From contig NC_057720.1 of the NCBI RefSeq assembly GCF_004010195.1, positions 13,938,363-14,002,362 of the forward strand: DNA of 64,000 nucleotides, in the 5' to 3' direction. Under the pieces are notes generated by a model, which saw nothing but the letters and a program-made list of their open reading frames with translations, did no database searches and was not told the origin of the DNA. Positions 38,471 to 51,399 of the stretch are shown here, piece after piece. Numbering within the stretch: the first letter of the stretch is position 1; each line of letters opens with the position of its first letter. Source of the stretch: Chiloscyllium plagiosum (Eukaryota). A program made the translations under genes and the position numbers.

Positions 38471-39984
38471 TAGTAGGTTTTGGGTACGATACAATAGCTC
38501 TTATTTTTCTTTTCAACTTCTAAAAGAACTAAGAGAGATTAATTGAGATACTTCTACTGTGTGATTGTGTTATAAGTAGAGAGTTTGGCTTATTCTATGT
38601 TATCCCCATTTCTTTTGTTTTTATTCGAACAATATCTGCATTTCGCTGCTCCTTGGATACTGCCTGAACTGCTGTGCCCTTCCAGCACCACTAATCCAAT
38701 ATCTGCAAAATGGCATACTTAGGTTTCAATGAGAGATCACGTTGTTAAAACCAAAACATGATCTATCAAGGCAAATCTTAATCTGCGATCTGACTTGTCA
38801 AATAGGAGGATCTCTTGGGATCATAACATTCTCCTTCTCAGTCACACCCTCTGCTCTGACTTCAAGTGCCACTTAGGTGTGTCTTGCTCCCTTTCTCTTT
38901 AAGGAGGAGAAAGTGAGGATTGCAGATGCTGGAGGCCAGAAACTTCAATTCTCCTGCTCCTTGGATGCTGCCTGGCCTGCCGCGCTTTTCCAGCACCACA
39001 CTTTTCAACTCCCTTTCTTTTAACCCATGTCTACGGTTCTAAAACCCAACCCTCTTTCTACTGTGTGAGGCACCCTAGACAGTGCGTTGAAATATTTTGT
39101 ATGCATGATGAGCTGTATAGAAATCCAAAATGTTGATAATCTACACTGCATTCATTATAGTTACTGCTAATATAATCACTAAGATTATGAAGAATGTTTT
39201 AAAAGAGAAAATTAATACAGTGCTTGAACAGAACAGTCTCATATTATGAAATCTGAATAAATAATTACAAGCATTGTAAATTAAAATCAAACTAATCACA
39301 AACAATGCTTTTCATTTCCAGCTCATATACTTCCTATAAATCATGTTATTTTTTGATCAGATTTTGTTGGTTAATTAACCTGTAAATATAACATTCTCAT
39401 TCCAGCACCACCCTGTTGCTTTTTAATTACTTTTACAATATTAGTCTTTACTTGAAGCCCTTCTTTCCTGCACAGTTCAATGCGCATACGATGCACGTTC
39501 AAGAAAGAAAAGTACATTGATTAAGCTCCAAAGACCAGTCAATTATTAAATTTTTTTTCCCGCTGACAGTTCAAATCAGTAAGGGAGTTGCTTTGATTAA
39601 TTAAATTCTTCCTTGGACCAAATAGGGAAAAGAAAATTTCTCTTAATTGGTGCCTGTGTGTGATTCCTAGCGCAAATGTAACACAAATGTACTTTTGTTT
39701 GTATAGGGAATCAAAATGGAAATCTTTCCCCCAAACACATATTAAATAAGCTTCAAATGTGAAATATTTCATTGCACTGAGTGTCAATGATTTTTTGGAA
39801 TGGATGATGAAAGTGTGTGGCCAATATGAATTCACCACAGGCTTTCAAGTTGGGAATGGCAGGGCTTCAGAATCACAGACTAATGGAAACTCATAGTCAT
39901 TTGTTTGCAGAGAGTCTGGCTATTATTGAAAAGGCAGAGATGTTGCCAAAGGTTTGTTGTCTTGAACATGTCAGGACAATTGCT

Positions 39985-40752
39985 AGAATGTCAACAAGAA
40001 TGCCCTGATGCATGGTACGTTGGTGAGACCAAACAGAGGCTACAGCAACAGATGAATGGACTCTGCAGAACAAACAATGGACAGGAGTGTTCCCTCCCAA
40101 CAGGAGAACACTTCAGCGGTCCGAGACCTTCGACCTCGGACCTTCGGGTGACCGTCCTCCAAGGTGGACTTCGGGACAAGCAGCAGCGAAAAGTGGCCAA
40201 GCAGAGGCTGATAGCCAAGTTCAGTGCCCATGGGAATGGCCTCAACCGGGATCTTGGGTTCATGTCACTCTACAGGGGACCCCATTACACTATACACACC
40301 CACATGCACACATACACATATAAGTTTGTGAGGTGAATTTGTACTTGGAGAATTACATTCTACTTTGCACAAAAACTGCATGAATCCATGTAAGATTCTG
40401 TAAATCTTTTTTTTAGATTAGAATCAGTCTGACCATTGTGGCACAGACAGTCTCACAGGGAGTTAACACCTTCAATACCTTATCTGGACCGACATGACAC
40501 CAATTGTTAAAATGCACTTGAGAATGTAACATTTTTTTTAAAAGTTTTGCGAATTACATATGAAAGAACTGAAACCAACACGATCATTCAAAAAGATGAG
40601 AGACTTAATAAACAGTCCAGGTCTGTTTTAATATATAATTTCAGTTACATCACACTGTAAACATTTGCAATAAATTCTGTGTCTTACAATCTTATTCTCC
40701 ACAATCACCTGATGAAGGAGTAGTGCTCCAAAAGCTAGTGCTGCCAAATAAA
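39985..40752 (+). mobile_element. PLE family B 3' fragment: GIY-YIG endonuclease, 3' UTR and hammerhead (40709-40737)
   Basis: CQQECPDAWYVGETKQRL...GEHFS...QRLIAKF...GLNRDLGF; cac-CTGATGA-A-GGAGT(AGT)GCTCC-AAAAGCTA-gtg. Confidence 0.85.
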
Positions 40753-41019
40753 TGAAAAGTATTCGTTGTGTGAAATTTTACATTTCAACTGACCATTGTA
40801 ATTTATACAGCAACAGAAAAGGGCACTGATTGGTTTTAAGTTGACTTTGATTGGCCAAGGTGTTGCCATGGTGAAAGCAACAGAAAGCTATAGGCATCCC
40901 AAACTCCCAACTAATTCAAACAAGTTGCAAGGCTTGATCATAGGATCATAGAATCACATAATACAGAAGAGGTCATTCAGCTCATTTATTTGCAAAGAAT
41001 GTGTCCCTGGTTTTGAAAG

Positions 41020-41477
41020 TGTAGTGATTGTAGCAAGGTCAGCCAGGTGATTGGTACTGTTAGTGTGGTCCAATCAGGCAAGCCCTGGCTGACTGATATA
41101 AACAGGAGATTCAGAGGTCTTCTCAATTTAGGGGACTGACTCTGTGCTGGCTGGGCCACAGTCAGTGTGTTACTGTTGGTTTCTGCTTCTCTTTTGGGGG
41201 AGACCTGGGGGAGATCTGGGGGTGGAGTGGGAAGAAACCTGATTCCTGATTCCTGATTTCTGATTCCTGATTCCTGATTTCTGAACTGGCTGAATTATTT
41301 AGCCAATTTGTTAAGTGGTATTCCTTAAAAAAAGGAAAACAAAATAAACAGGGGTGTCAGAGGTTCTGTGCACTCTGAGAGCTGGCTCTGAGAAAGCTGG
41401 ACCAGTGTCAATTACAATGCATCTGTAAATAAAGGGTGACTTGGTGAGGGGATACCGGCTTCTGTGGAGTTATTTCA
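41020..41477 (+). mobile_element. Solo LTR with 5-bp TSD GAAAG and an internal insert
   Basis: gaaag|TGTAGTG...TATTTCA|gaaag; CCAAT, gatataaa, AATAAA; related copy at ~45175-45405. Confidence 0.8.
41238..41284 (+). repeat. 7-bp microsatellite (CCTGATT)n
   Basis: About 7 tandem units. Confidence 0.9.
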
Positions 41478-42651
41478 GAAAGTTTTTCACTTCAAGCAAG
41501 CAAAATGAGCAATGTTCAACTGTTTATATTAAATTAGGGATTATTGTAGGTATTAATGTAGTCAGGATTGTACAGGTCATTTCTATCCCGGGGTCAAGAT
41601 ATCTACTTCAATAGCAGTGATTCAAAATTTACCCAAAGCACCTACACTTTGTTACTCGAATGATCCTAATATAGTCGTCAAGTTGTTGGGGTGATTGCCC
41701 ATTCCCTGCTTTATTCTTGCTCCGATTCCTGATCGATCCTGCTTGTTCTCCTCTCCAAAAGCTGACCATACTGCTCCTCTTCTTTGTCCAGTTCCAGCAA
41801 GAGTGCGATGAGCACCATGCTTTCCACCCTTCCCCCCTCACACACAATTTCTGATTAGCTCATTTTTCCATAGCAGCAAACCGTGACTGGCCCATCTCTC
41901 TGATAGCAACAGTCTGCGATTGGCCCACTTTCACCTCAGCAACCCTCTTGAGAGCAGAAAGGCCCTAGCAGTAAGAAGCCATTTCCTTCTAGGACCGATT
42001 CACTTCAGATATGGATTTGCATTCTGTTTTTTTTCACCTGGTCTGTGTGGTAGGGCAAGACTCCAACTGCCTCCCGTGGTCCCCACTTTTACCCAGCAAC
42101 CTCTGCACTGGAGTAACTGCTAAATCTCGACTTAACATTCTGCACATTATGTTTTGAGCAAAACAGCATGAAGCATCACATCACAACTGTCACATGGCCT
42201 TTATTCAGAAGTCTGTCTAACATTAACACAACACCTAAATATAGCATCAACATTGCATATCAACATATTAACAAAAGTCAGCCCATGTTGCGACAAACAT
42301 TTAAAGTCACGGTTTACAAAATCTCATAATTCTAAATTCAGCACTTAACAATTTCAGTTTGGCTTCTCAGGTGTCTGTGAGTAGCCATGTTAGCCTTTTA
42401 AATGTAGCCTAACAATTCTAAATTCTACACCCTAAACAATGTCGCATTGGCTTAACCATCCACCGCTAAGTCTGGATATAATGCCAGTAAATCGGAATCG
42501 CGCAATGAATTTTTACCTGCTTTCATAAAGGGTCTCCGCAATGTTATGGCTTTTTTAAATGATACTCAAAGGGCAGCAATTGCCTTGAATTGTTCAGCAG
42601 GTGCTGTCCAATAGCAGGATCACCAGTTTGCATATGCAAGCTGCTTGAGTA

Positions 42652-43010
42652 GAGTCTGTACTCTGTCTGTGCTGGTCATGTGTGGCACATAGTCCGTCTG
42701 TGTTAGTTGTGTTTAGTCTGTAGTTTATCTGTACTGGTCACATGCCTGGTTGCGTGTAGTCTGTGGTCCACCTGTGCTGGTTGTGTGTAGTCTGTCGTCC
42801 ACTTGTGTTGGTAGAATGCAGTCTATAGTCCATCTGCGCTGGTCATGTTTTGTCTGTAGTCCATCTGTGCTGGTCGTGTGTAGCCTGTATTCAGTCTGGA
42901 TTGATTGAATGCAGTCAATATTCTGCCTGTGCTGGTTGTGTGTAGCCTGAACTTTGCCTGGGTTGATCGAGCGTAGCCTGTACTCTGTGTTGATCGAGTG
43001 CAGTCTGTAC
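42652..43010 (+). repeat. Degenerate ~31-bp minisatellite
   Basis: About 11-12 units resembling agtctgtagtccatctgtgctggttgtgtgt. Confidence 0.8.
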
Positions 43011-43444
43011 GTTTTGAAAAAAAACATGAAGGAAAATGCTATTTAATTCAGTCAGCCAATCACTCGGAACGTAGTTGGAACTGAAGGTGATACATGATGT
43101 GGTCCCATGGTGTGGTACGCAGAATATCGTTTTGGACTGATGTCATCAACCTGCTAGTGGGAAATGCCATCAGTGCAGCCACTGCTTAGTGACAGCATGA
43201 AATGGTCTGTTGCACCTGCCCTTCAAAATTTCAAGGTACTTGACCTTTCCAGGGTAATTCGAGATAGGCAGGACACTTTTCAGGTCTGAACTTTGTTCCT
43301 TTGGCTCATTCGAGAGTTTGCATGATACACAGCACACAATGCTCAGGACATGCATGGCCCCACAAGAACATACATTAAAGGAGACCATTTGGTCTGTCAC
43401 CAATAATGTCTGTGATGGAAGAGTGTTCGTGCTCAGTAAGTGCT

Positions 43445-43640
43445 GAAAGAGCTGTGGATGCTGTAAATCAGAAACAAACACAGAAGTTGCTGGATAAGGC
43501 TCAGCAGGTTGCGCAGCAGCTGTAGAGAGAAATCAGAGTTAATGTTTTGGGTTGAGTGATGTTTCCTCAAAACTCAAGTCTGATTTCTCTCCACAGATGC
43601 TGCCGGACTTGCTGAGGTTTTCCAGTAATTTCTGTTTATT
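43445..43640. mobile_element. Inverted pair of PLE family C termini
   Basis: ctcagcagg...agagaaatcagag is mirrored by tctgatttctct...tgctgag. Confidence 0.7.
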
Positions 43641-44684
43641 TCTTCATGCTTAGTAACCCGGCAACTGTGTCAGCCCTGAAACTCTGTCTGACTCCCGTTT
43701 AAAACTTCCTTTACAAGTAGAACTTTGCAGACTTTGATAACTCACTCAGCAAAAAAAATTCTCCTCATTTCCATTGGAGGTCCTTTGATAACGATTTTAA
43801 AATATGATTTCCAATTAATGATAATGGAGAGGTTTTCTAGTTGCTGAGATTTTGTGAGGCCTACCCCTTACCATACTTGATCAATCACTTCCAGGGTTAG
43901 AGAGTAAGTTTCCCAATGTCTTTTTCATCCTTAAATGGTCTCAAGGTTTTCTTTTGTTGTTGAAGTGTTTGTATCTTGCATGATCAATAGATGCGAGGGG
44001 AAGGATGGGTAAGAGATTTGAGTGGATGGGAGAAACATCATGCAACACAGGCATGGAGTCTTCCAACTGGGTGAGAGACAGGACCCCCGGGGGGAGCAGA
44101 GATGGGAGAGGGGGAGCCAAACTGGCCAATTCATCTCCTCAATCTTATTCTGCCCTTCAGTTAATCATGGCTAGTCTATATCTGAACTCCAGTTACACAT
44201 CTTTATCACAAACACCAAAGGGGAGGGTGACTGTGACATTTGGATGTGGGTAGGGCCAGGGATGAGAGAAACAATGAGTGGGGAGTCTGGTGACCCCTAG
44301 TGGACTGTTGCTTTCCATTAGATTAGACAGAGAATAGGAGCTAGTTGTATGAAGCTGCATTGGGGGAGCATAAGGCCAGCATGGCTCCTGTTAAAATCCA
44401 AAGGACTTGTTCTAAGTCTGGGGGCTAGGCTAGAGAAGGTTAAACTTTGAAATAAAGGAAAGTTGTGTGGACCACAGCATAGATGTCTGCTAGCCAAATG
44501 ACACATCAGAATTTCCAATAAAATATGCTGACAAATATGGTGTTGAGAACATAAAATCAACTGATGTGGACAGGAAATGTGTGCAGATATTAATTGCTAT
44601 AATCCTACATCCATGTGCACACGTCTTGTCATGACAGGTAGAGGGCTGGTGGTGATTAAACCTGAGGGTCACCCTGCCTCAGAG

Positions 44685-45020
44685 GAGGGGAGGGGTTGAG
44701 GAGGAGAGTCCTTCATGGGAAACACACACACATACATGCACGTGCGCACACACATAGGGACACACGGGCACACACAAACACACACACACACACAGACAGA
44801 AACGAACACAGACACACACAGATGCACATAGACACACACAGGACAATTGAGTGAGGGGAGGGGTTGAGGAGGAGAGTCCTTCATGGGAAACACACACACA
44901 CATACACACACGTGTGCACACACATAGGGACACACGGGCACACACAGACACACACACACACAGACAGAAACGGACACAGACACACACAGATGCACATAGA
45001 CACACACAGGACAATTGAGT
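44685..45020 (+). repeat. 168-bp tandem duplication rich in CA repeats
   Basis: Units 44685-44852 and 44853-45020 are near-identical. Confidence 0.9.
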
Positions 45021-45174
45021 TATTTTCTCTACCAACCTACTCCATTGACAATGGTTCATTATTAATTTGCTAAACTCCTAAATGACACAATATCTGCTTC
45101 AGCAAAGCACTAGAGCCATTTGCAATATTTCTAAAGGATAGCTTGATTATTCTCCAAATCATACTTCAGCAATA

Positions 45175-45405
45175 ACTTTAATGAGGTCAGCCATGTGGAC
45201 CTCATAGAACAGGGGTTCCCTGATTGGAGCAGATTAACAGCCCTCATCAAGGATCCCTGGCTGACAGATAAGAACAGGAGGGTTAGACATCCTGTTCACT
45301 CTGAGAGCTGGCTCTGATAAAGCTGGATCAGAGTCAAGGACTCTCCCTGTGTAAAAAAAAAGGGTGACTTGGTGATGGGATACCGGCCTCTGTGGAGTTA
45401 TTTCA
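45175..45405 (+). mobile_element. Solo LTR (family of 41020-41477)
   Basis: Shared ggtcagcca, ctctgagagctggctctga, agggtgacttggtga...gtggagttatttca. Confidence 0.75.
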
Positions 45406-46342
45406 ACATCATATGTAGAAATAGAAGTATCATTAGAAAAGCAAATCAGTAGCTTTCCATAAACAAGCAGGCTCAAACTCCAAACAAATGTATGCTTATG
45501 AAATCTAAAGTGCACTTAACAGATTTATTGGAATCCTTTGATTATATAAACAGTTGGGAGATAACATTGATGTAGTAGTTGTTGGAAAGTTAACTTTGAG
45601 ATGAAATTTGATGAGAGATTTGTAATACGAAAAGGGAAACTCTTAGAAAATTCAACCAGCAATAAATTGGTTAACCAGCTAAGTAATAGGAAACAAAGGC
45701 CAGTGATCAATTGGAATGGTTCTAACTGTGCTCCTAGACTACAGGAAGCTCAGGAATCCATTACACTGCACGGAATATGCATCAATGATGGTGGGAATGT
45801 CCATGTTACTAGGTGAAAGCAAATCATCTCCAATCAATAAACATGGATGGCTGTAAGTACAGAATAACATAATGAAAAGTCTTTAATGCAAAATAGGCAA
45901 AGGAAGGCCATTTGTGGTGAAAATTATTGGACTATGAAGTAAAAATGGGAAAATGTTCTGCTTTGAACCAAGGAAGCTGTGTAAGAAAACATTTGTCGCT
46001 TTGCAGTTCACTGTTCAAAAATAAAGTCTTTACAGCAGAAATGATATAATCCTACTTGCAGAGTGAGTTCAACACGGTCCTGTTCTAACAAGCATCTTCT
46101 TCTGCAAGAAAGATAAATACAATCCTGCATGGAGGCGCCCTGGCATTATATCATCATTCAGGTCAAAGATCAGAGTGATGCCTTGTGATCACCCAATCCA
46201 TTCAGGAAAGCGATGCCTGCTGGATAGGTGATAAAGTTGCTTGACCCAGTGATGAACATCGTTCTCGCAAGACCCAGAAGTCCGAAAGGAAGAGGATCAG
46301 TGTGTCAACCCAAAAGCAACCTGACTGATGATAACCCTGATG

Positions 46343-46553
46343 TAGAGGTGCCGGTGTTGGACTGAGGTAGACAAAGTCAGAAGTCAAACCACACCATATT
46401 ATAGTCCAACAGGTTTATTTGAAATCACAAGCTTTTGGGGCACTTCTCCTCCATCAGCTGAAGTCACCTGACAAACGAGCTGCACACCAAAAGCTTGTGA
46501 TTTCAAATAAACCTTTTGGGCCATACCTTAGTGTCATGTGACTTCTGACTTTG
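46343..46553. mobile_element. Inverted pair of PLE family B termini
   Basis: aaagtcagaagtca...tttgaaatcacaagctttt is mirrored by aaaagcttgtgatttcaaa...tgacttctgacttt. Confidence 0.75.
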
Positions 46554-46904
46554 ACTGATTATAAGAATCCAAGAGCAGCTTGTGACCAAACTGGAAAATC
46601 TTCACACTTTCAAAAACCTGAGATCAGATGCCCAGACAACTGGGCTCGAGTATTGGTGTCACCAGGACTGGTTCTACAAAACTAATGCCGATATATGTGA
46701 CCACTCAGAATCAAAACCATTAGCGACCTAATCCACAGCAGGGGAAATCCTGACACAAATTGCCTGAAATGTCCATTTCTTATTGGTAAAAAAATCCTCC
46801 GTGAGAACACAGCATGACACTAGACCTACCAGAGGAATCTCCAACATAGACTTTCGAACCAGATGAAACCAAACAAATCCTCCCACTTCCTCCAAACCAA
46901 AGGG

Positions 46905-48296
46905 GTACATACCTCTTCATTGGGTATGTGGAACAGTCCATCTTCCACAGCTACATCGGCATCACCCCTATATCGATGACTGTATCGGTACTACCTCATG
47001 CTCCCAAGACAAGGTTGAACAGTTCACCAACTTCACTAACACCTTTCACCCCAATCTCAAATTCACCTGGACCATCTCGGACACCTCCCTCCCCTTCCTG
47101 GACATCTCCACCTCCAACTCTAGTGACCAACTAACCACGGATATCTACTGCAAGCCCATCAAATCCCATAGCTACCTAGACTAAATCTCCTCCTACCCCA
47201 CCTCCTCTAAAAACACCATCCCTTATTCCCAATTCCTCCTCCTCCACCGCATCCATTCCCAGGATTCCACCTCAGAAAATCCCAGATGGCCTTCTTCTTC
47301 AAAGATCGCAATTTCCCCTCCCATGTGGTTGACAATGGTCTCCAGCGCATCTCCTCCACTTCCTGCACCTCCGTCCTTGAACCCCACCCCTCTCAACGCA
47401 ACAAGGACAGAACCCCCTTGTCCTCATTTTCCACCCCACCGACTTCTGTATACATCGCACTATCCTCTGCCACTTCTGCCACCTACAAACGGACCCCACC
47501 ACCAGAGATATATTTCCCTCCCCACCCCATCAGCATTTTGGAGAGAGCATTCCCTCTGCAACTCCCTCATCAGATCCATGCACCCCCACCAGCCCATACA
47601 CCATTCCCAGCACCTTCCCCTGCCACCACAGGAAGTGCAAAACCTACACCCACACCTCCCCCTCACCTCCATCCAAGACCCCAAAGGATCCTTCCACATC
47701 CGACAGAAATTTACCTGTACCTCCACCAATGTCATCCACTGTATCCATTGCATCCGATGCAGTCTCCTCTACATCGCGGAGACAGGACGCCAACTTATGG
47801 ATCATTTCAGAGAACATCTCTGGGATACCCACACGGATCAATCCCACCACCCCGTGGCTGAACACCTCCTCCTCCTACTCCATCAAGGACATGCAGGTCC
47901 TGGGCCTCCTCCATCACCAAGCCCTTACCACCCAATGCCTAGAGGAAGAACACGTCATTTTCCGCCTTGGGACCCTGCAACCACATGGGATCAATATGGA
48001 TTTCACCAGTTTCCTCATTTCCCCTCCCCCACAACCTTATCCCAGTCCCAAGCCTCCAACTCAGCACGGCCCTTTTGACCTGTCCATCACCTTACCCACT
48101 TATTCGCTCCACCCTCCTCTCCAACCTATCACCATCACTTCCCCACCTTCATCTACCTATCGTTTTCCCAGCTACCTTCCCCCAACCCACCCCCCTNNNN
48201 NNNNNNNNNNNNNNNNNNNNNNNNNNNNNNNNNNNNNNNNNNNNNNNNNNNNNNGGATGCTGCCTAACCTGCTGTGCTTTTCCAGCACCACACTTC
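46905..48296 (+). mobile_element. PLE family A, degenerate RT plus GIY-YIG endonuclease and 3' terminus
   Basis: YIDD at 46969-46980, FHPNLKFTW..SDTSLPFLD, IPYSQFL, CTSTNVIHCIHCIRCSLLYIAETGR..FREH, EEEHVIFRLGTLQPHGIN; frameshifted. Confidence 0.92.
48197..48254. other. Assembly gap (58 N)
   Basis: Run of n; it covers the position where this element's hammerhead would lie. Confidence 1.
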
Positions 48297-48774
48297 TGAA
48301 ACCAAACAAATGTCAAAACAACACTGGGAATGCCTCATTGTAGTCATCGACCTGAATGAAGCATTTGACTCATAACGGCATAAAAAGTAGGAACAGGAGT
48401 TGGCTGTTCAGCATTTTTAGTCTGTTCCATTATTCAGCAGGATCATGGCTGATCGGATATTCCTCATGTCTACCTTCCTTCCCTTTCCCCACAACTCTCG
48501 ATTTCCCGACTGATCAAGAACCTATCTCAGCCTTAAATATACACAAGGACTCGGCCTCACAGCTCTCTGAGGCTATGTGCACTGCAATAACATCGCTGTG
48601 CAGGTGTATTAGAACATATCAAAAAGCATTTAATAACAATCCGTCAAAGTGGTCTGATCAACTGCTACAAAAAAAAATGAGTTTGTAAATCTATATTATT
48701 TTTCAGAACTTCCCAAGTACGTTGAAGCACAGAAATCTAAGATCACACAATGGCATTTCTCTTTGTTTAATGTC

Positions 48775-49035
48775 CCTTCCAGCTTCGGGTGACTGTCTGT
48801 GTGGAGTTTGCACATTCTCCACGTGTCTGTGTGGGTTTCCTTCAGATGCTCTGGTTTCCTCCCACAGTCCAAAGATGTGCAGGTCAGGGGAATTGGCCAG
48901 GCTAAATTGCCCATAGTATTAGGTGCATTAGTCATAGGGAAATGGGTCTGGGTGAGTTGCTGTTCGGAGGGTCGGTGTGGACTTGTTGGGCCGAACAGCC
49001 TGTTTCCACACTGTATGGAATCTAATTTAATCTAA
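48775..49035 (+). mobile_element. HE1-like SINE lacking its head
   Basis: gactgtctgtgtggagtttgcacattctcc...gcctgtttccacactgta; aatct tail. Confidence 0.85.
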
Positions 49036-49243
49036 CCCTACTCAGCAGTTATGCCCCTCTCGGCTTATTATCAGCAATCTCTTTGTTTATATATCCCTTT
49101 TCTTCCTCTCTCTCTCTCTCTCCCTCCCACACTGTACTGTACTGTACTGTACTCACACGCACCCACTCTATCAACAGCATCAATACCCACCCTTTCCCAG
49201 ACATTTCCAGTTCTAACGAAAGGGTACTGGACTCGGAACATTA

Positions 49244-49983
49244 ATGGAGTTCAATCTGGAAAAGTGTGAGGTCATTCACTTTGGAAGGTCGAATTTGAAT
49301 CCAGAATACAGGGTTAAAGGCAGGATTCTTGGTAATGTGGTGAAACAGAGGGATCTTAAGGTCCATATCCATAGACCCCCTCAAAACTGCCACCCAGGTT
49401 GATAGGGTTGTTAAGAAGGTGTGTGGTGTGTTGGCTTTCATTGGCAGGCAGATTGAGTTTAAGAGCCATGAGGTTTTGCTGCAACTCTATAGACCCCTGG
49501 TTAGACCACACTTGGAATATTGTGTTCTGTTCTGGTTGCTGCAATTTACCAGGATGCTGCCTTGACTGGAGGGCATGTCTTATGAAGAAAAGCTGAGGGA
49601 GCTTAGGTTTTTCTCATTGGAACGAAGATGGATGAGACATGACTTGATAGAGGTGTACAAGATGTTGAGAGGCATAGGTAGAGCGGATAGCCAGAGTTGT
49701 TTCTCATGACAGAAATGTCTATCATGAGGAGCATAATTTTAAGGCGATTGGAGGAAGGTTCATGGGAGGTGTCAGAGGAAGGTTCTTCACTCAGAGAGTA
49801 GTGCAGTGGTAGTAGAGTCAGATACATTAGGGATATTTAAGCAACTCTTGAATAAGCACATAGCTGGTAATAAAATGAAGGGTACGTACGTTAGTCTGAT
49901 CTTAGAGTAGGATAGAAGACTGGCACAACACTGAGGGCTGAAGGGCCTGTACTGTGCTGTGCTCTCCTATGTTCTATGTTCTA
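49244..49983 (+). mobile_element. CR1 LINE 3' fragment inserted in a PLE family C terminus
   Basis: MEFNLEKCEVIHFG start; (ctatgtt)n tail; attaa on both flanks. Confidence 0.9.
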
Positions 49984-50954
49984 TTAACTGTGTTTTCTCT
50001 CTTTAGGGATGCTGCCAGATCTGTTGAGTTTTTCCAGCATTCTCTGTGTTTGTTTCAGATGATGGTTTATGCTCTGGTGTAAATTCTATGTGGAGGAATA
50101 TGTCAAGCAGGCCAGACCTTAACCCTGTTTGAACCCATTGCAGGTCTCAGAGCATGGTGATGTTGCTCTGCTGACCCCTCGTGTTGTTTCAGAAGGCAGA
50201 GAGCATGTTGAGCAGCTTCTATTCTCCAAAAGCTTAGACATGCTGCCCTTGCTCACATGATCAGATCTCATGCTGAGGCTGATGAAGGAAACATGGAGCT
50301 GTCTCCATTGTTCTTGAAGAATAAAGAACCAAAAAGCGACATAAATAAAGATCGGGCATGCACCTGATGGCCTCAGGCAACAACACTGGATATCAGCTAC
50401 TTTGGAGTTGAATTAAAACACAAGGGTGTTAATACCATGGTGTATTATATCATTGTGGAAGGAGGTGAAACTTTAAGACTCATTAGTATCTTATGATTGA
50501 AGCATCACACAGCAACAATTCATGCCAGACATTTAAAGAGGTTACTTGATGACCTTAGTTAAGAACCTATGAACAATGTGATACCTTGTGTGTTACAAAC
50601 AAAACCCAGCCAAAAGCTCTGTGAGAATAGTGATAGTTTGGGTGTTTGTGTGAATACGCCGAAGATCAGACTAACATACGTACCCTTCATTGTATTATCA
50701 TCTATGTGCCTATTCAAGAGTCGCTTAAATATCCCTAATGTATCTGACTCTCTTCACATTGTCATCCTTGTAAGATGAAATATTTAACATTCAGTGGCTT
50801 AGCCAAGACCAATTGAACTTGTCCATGACCCTGAACCACTGACATTTCTGGCTACTGCTTGACTTGGTAGTCAGACTTCAGCTCAACACCCTGTGGTGGA
50901 TGCTTGTTAGGGTTACCAACTCCTGGGTTAACCTAAAAATATATAATTTGTAAT

Positions 50955-51360
50955 TATAGAGCAATTAGTATGACATCCTAAAGCTTTTTACAACCAATGA
51001 AGGTCTTTGAAGTGTGGTCACCATTGTAGTGTAAGCAATTTAGCAATGCAGAGTCGAGAGTGTGGTGCTGGAAAAGCACAACAGTTCAGGCATCATCCGA
51101 GGAGCAGGAGAATTGACGTTTCGGGCAAGAGTCCTTCATAAGGAATCTGTGCAGCCAATCTGCACACAAGCAAATCCTGCAAAACAGCCATGAATCATCT
51201 GATAATCTGTTCTTTTGTTGATAAAAAGATTAATGTCATCCAGGACTACAGGGAAAAATGTCATGTTCTTCTTTGAGATGCTCCACGGGATCATTTTTGC
51301 CCATTTGAGGGGCAGAATGGGACCACAGGACATCACACTTGAAGGGCAGCATCTCAAAGT
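50955..51360 (-). mobile_element. DeuSINE-type SINE interrupted by a PLE family A terminus (51050-51145)
   Basis: ttttacaaccaatgaag...gcacacaagcaaatcc...gggatcattttt; hammerhead remnant gacgtttcgggcaagagtccttcat. Confidence 0.6.
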
Positions 51361-51399
51361 ATAGCTCTTGCAATCACCCCCACAATTGTAATGGGGATT

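Noticed and set aside
42652..43010. CRISPR-like periodicity
   Set aside because: Tandem degenerate units without unique spacers; eukaryotic context; no cas genes
44669..45073. Cys/Val-rich ORFs
   Set aside because: Translation of CA/TG microsatellite
41020..45405. One full LTR retrotransposon bounded by the two related LTRs
   Set aside because: First LTR has its own GAAAG TSD; no gag/pol or PBS seen between them
47286..48343. Longest ORFs (191-251 aa) as host genes
   Set aside because: Overlapping frames of one frameshifted PLE
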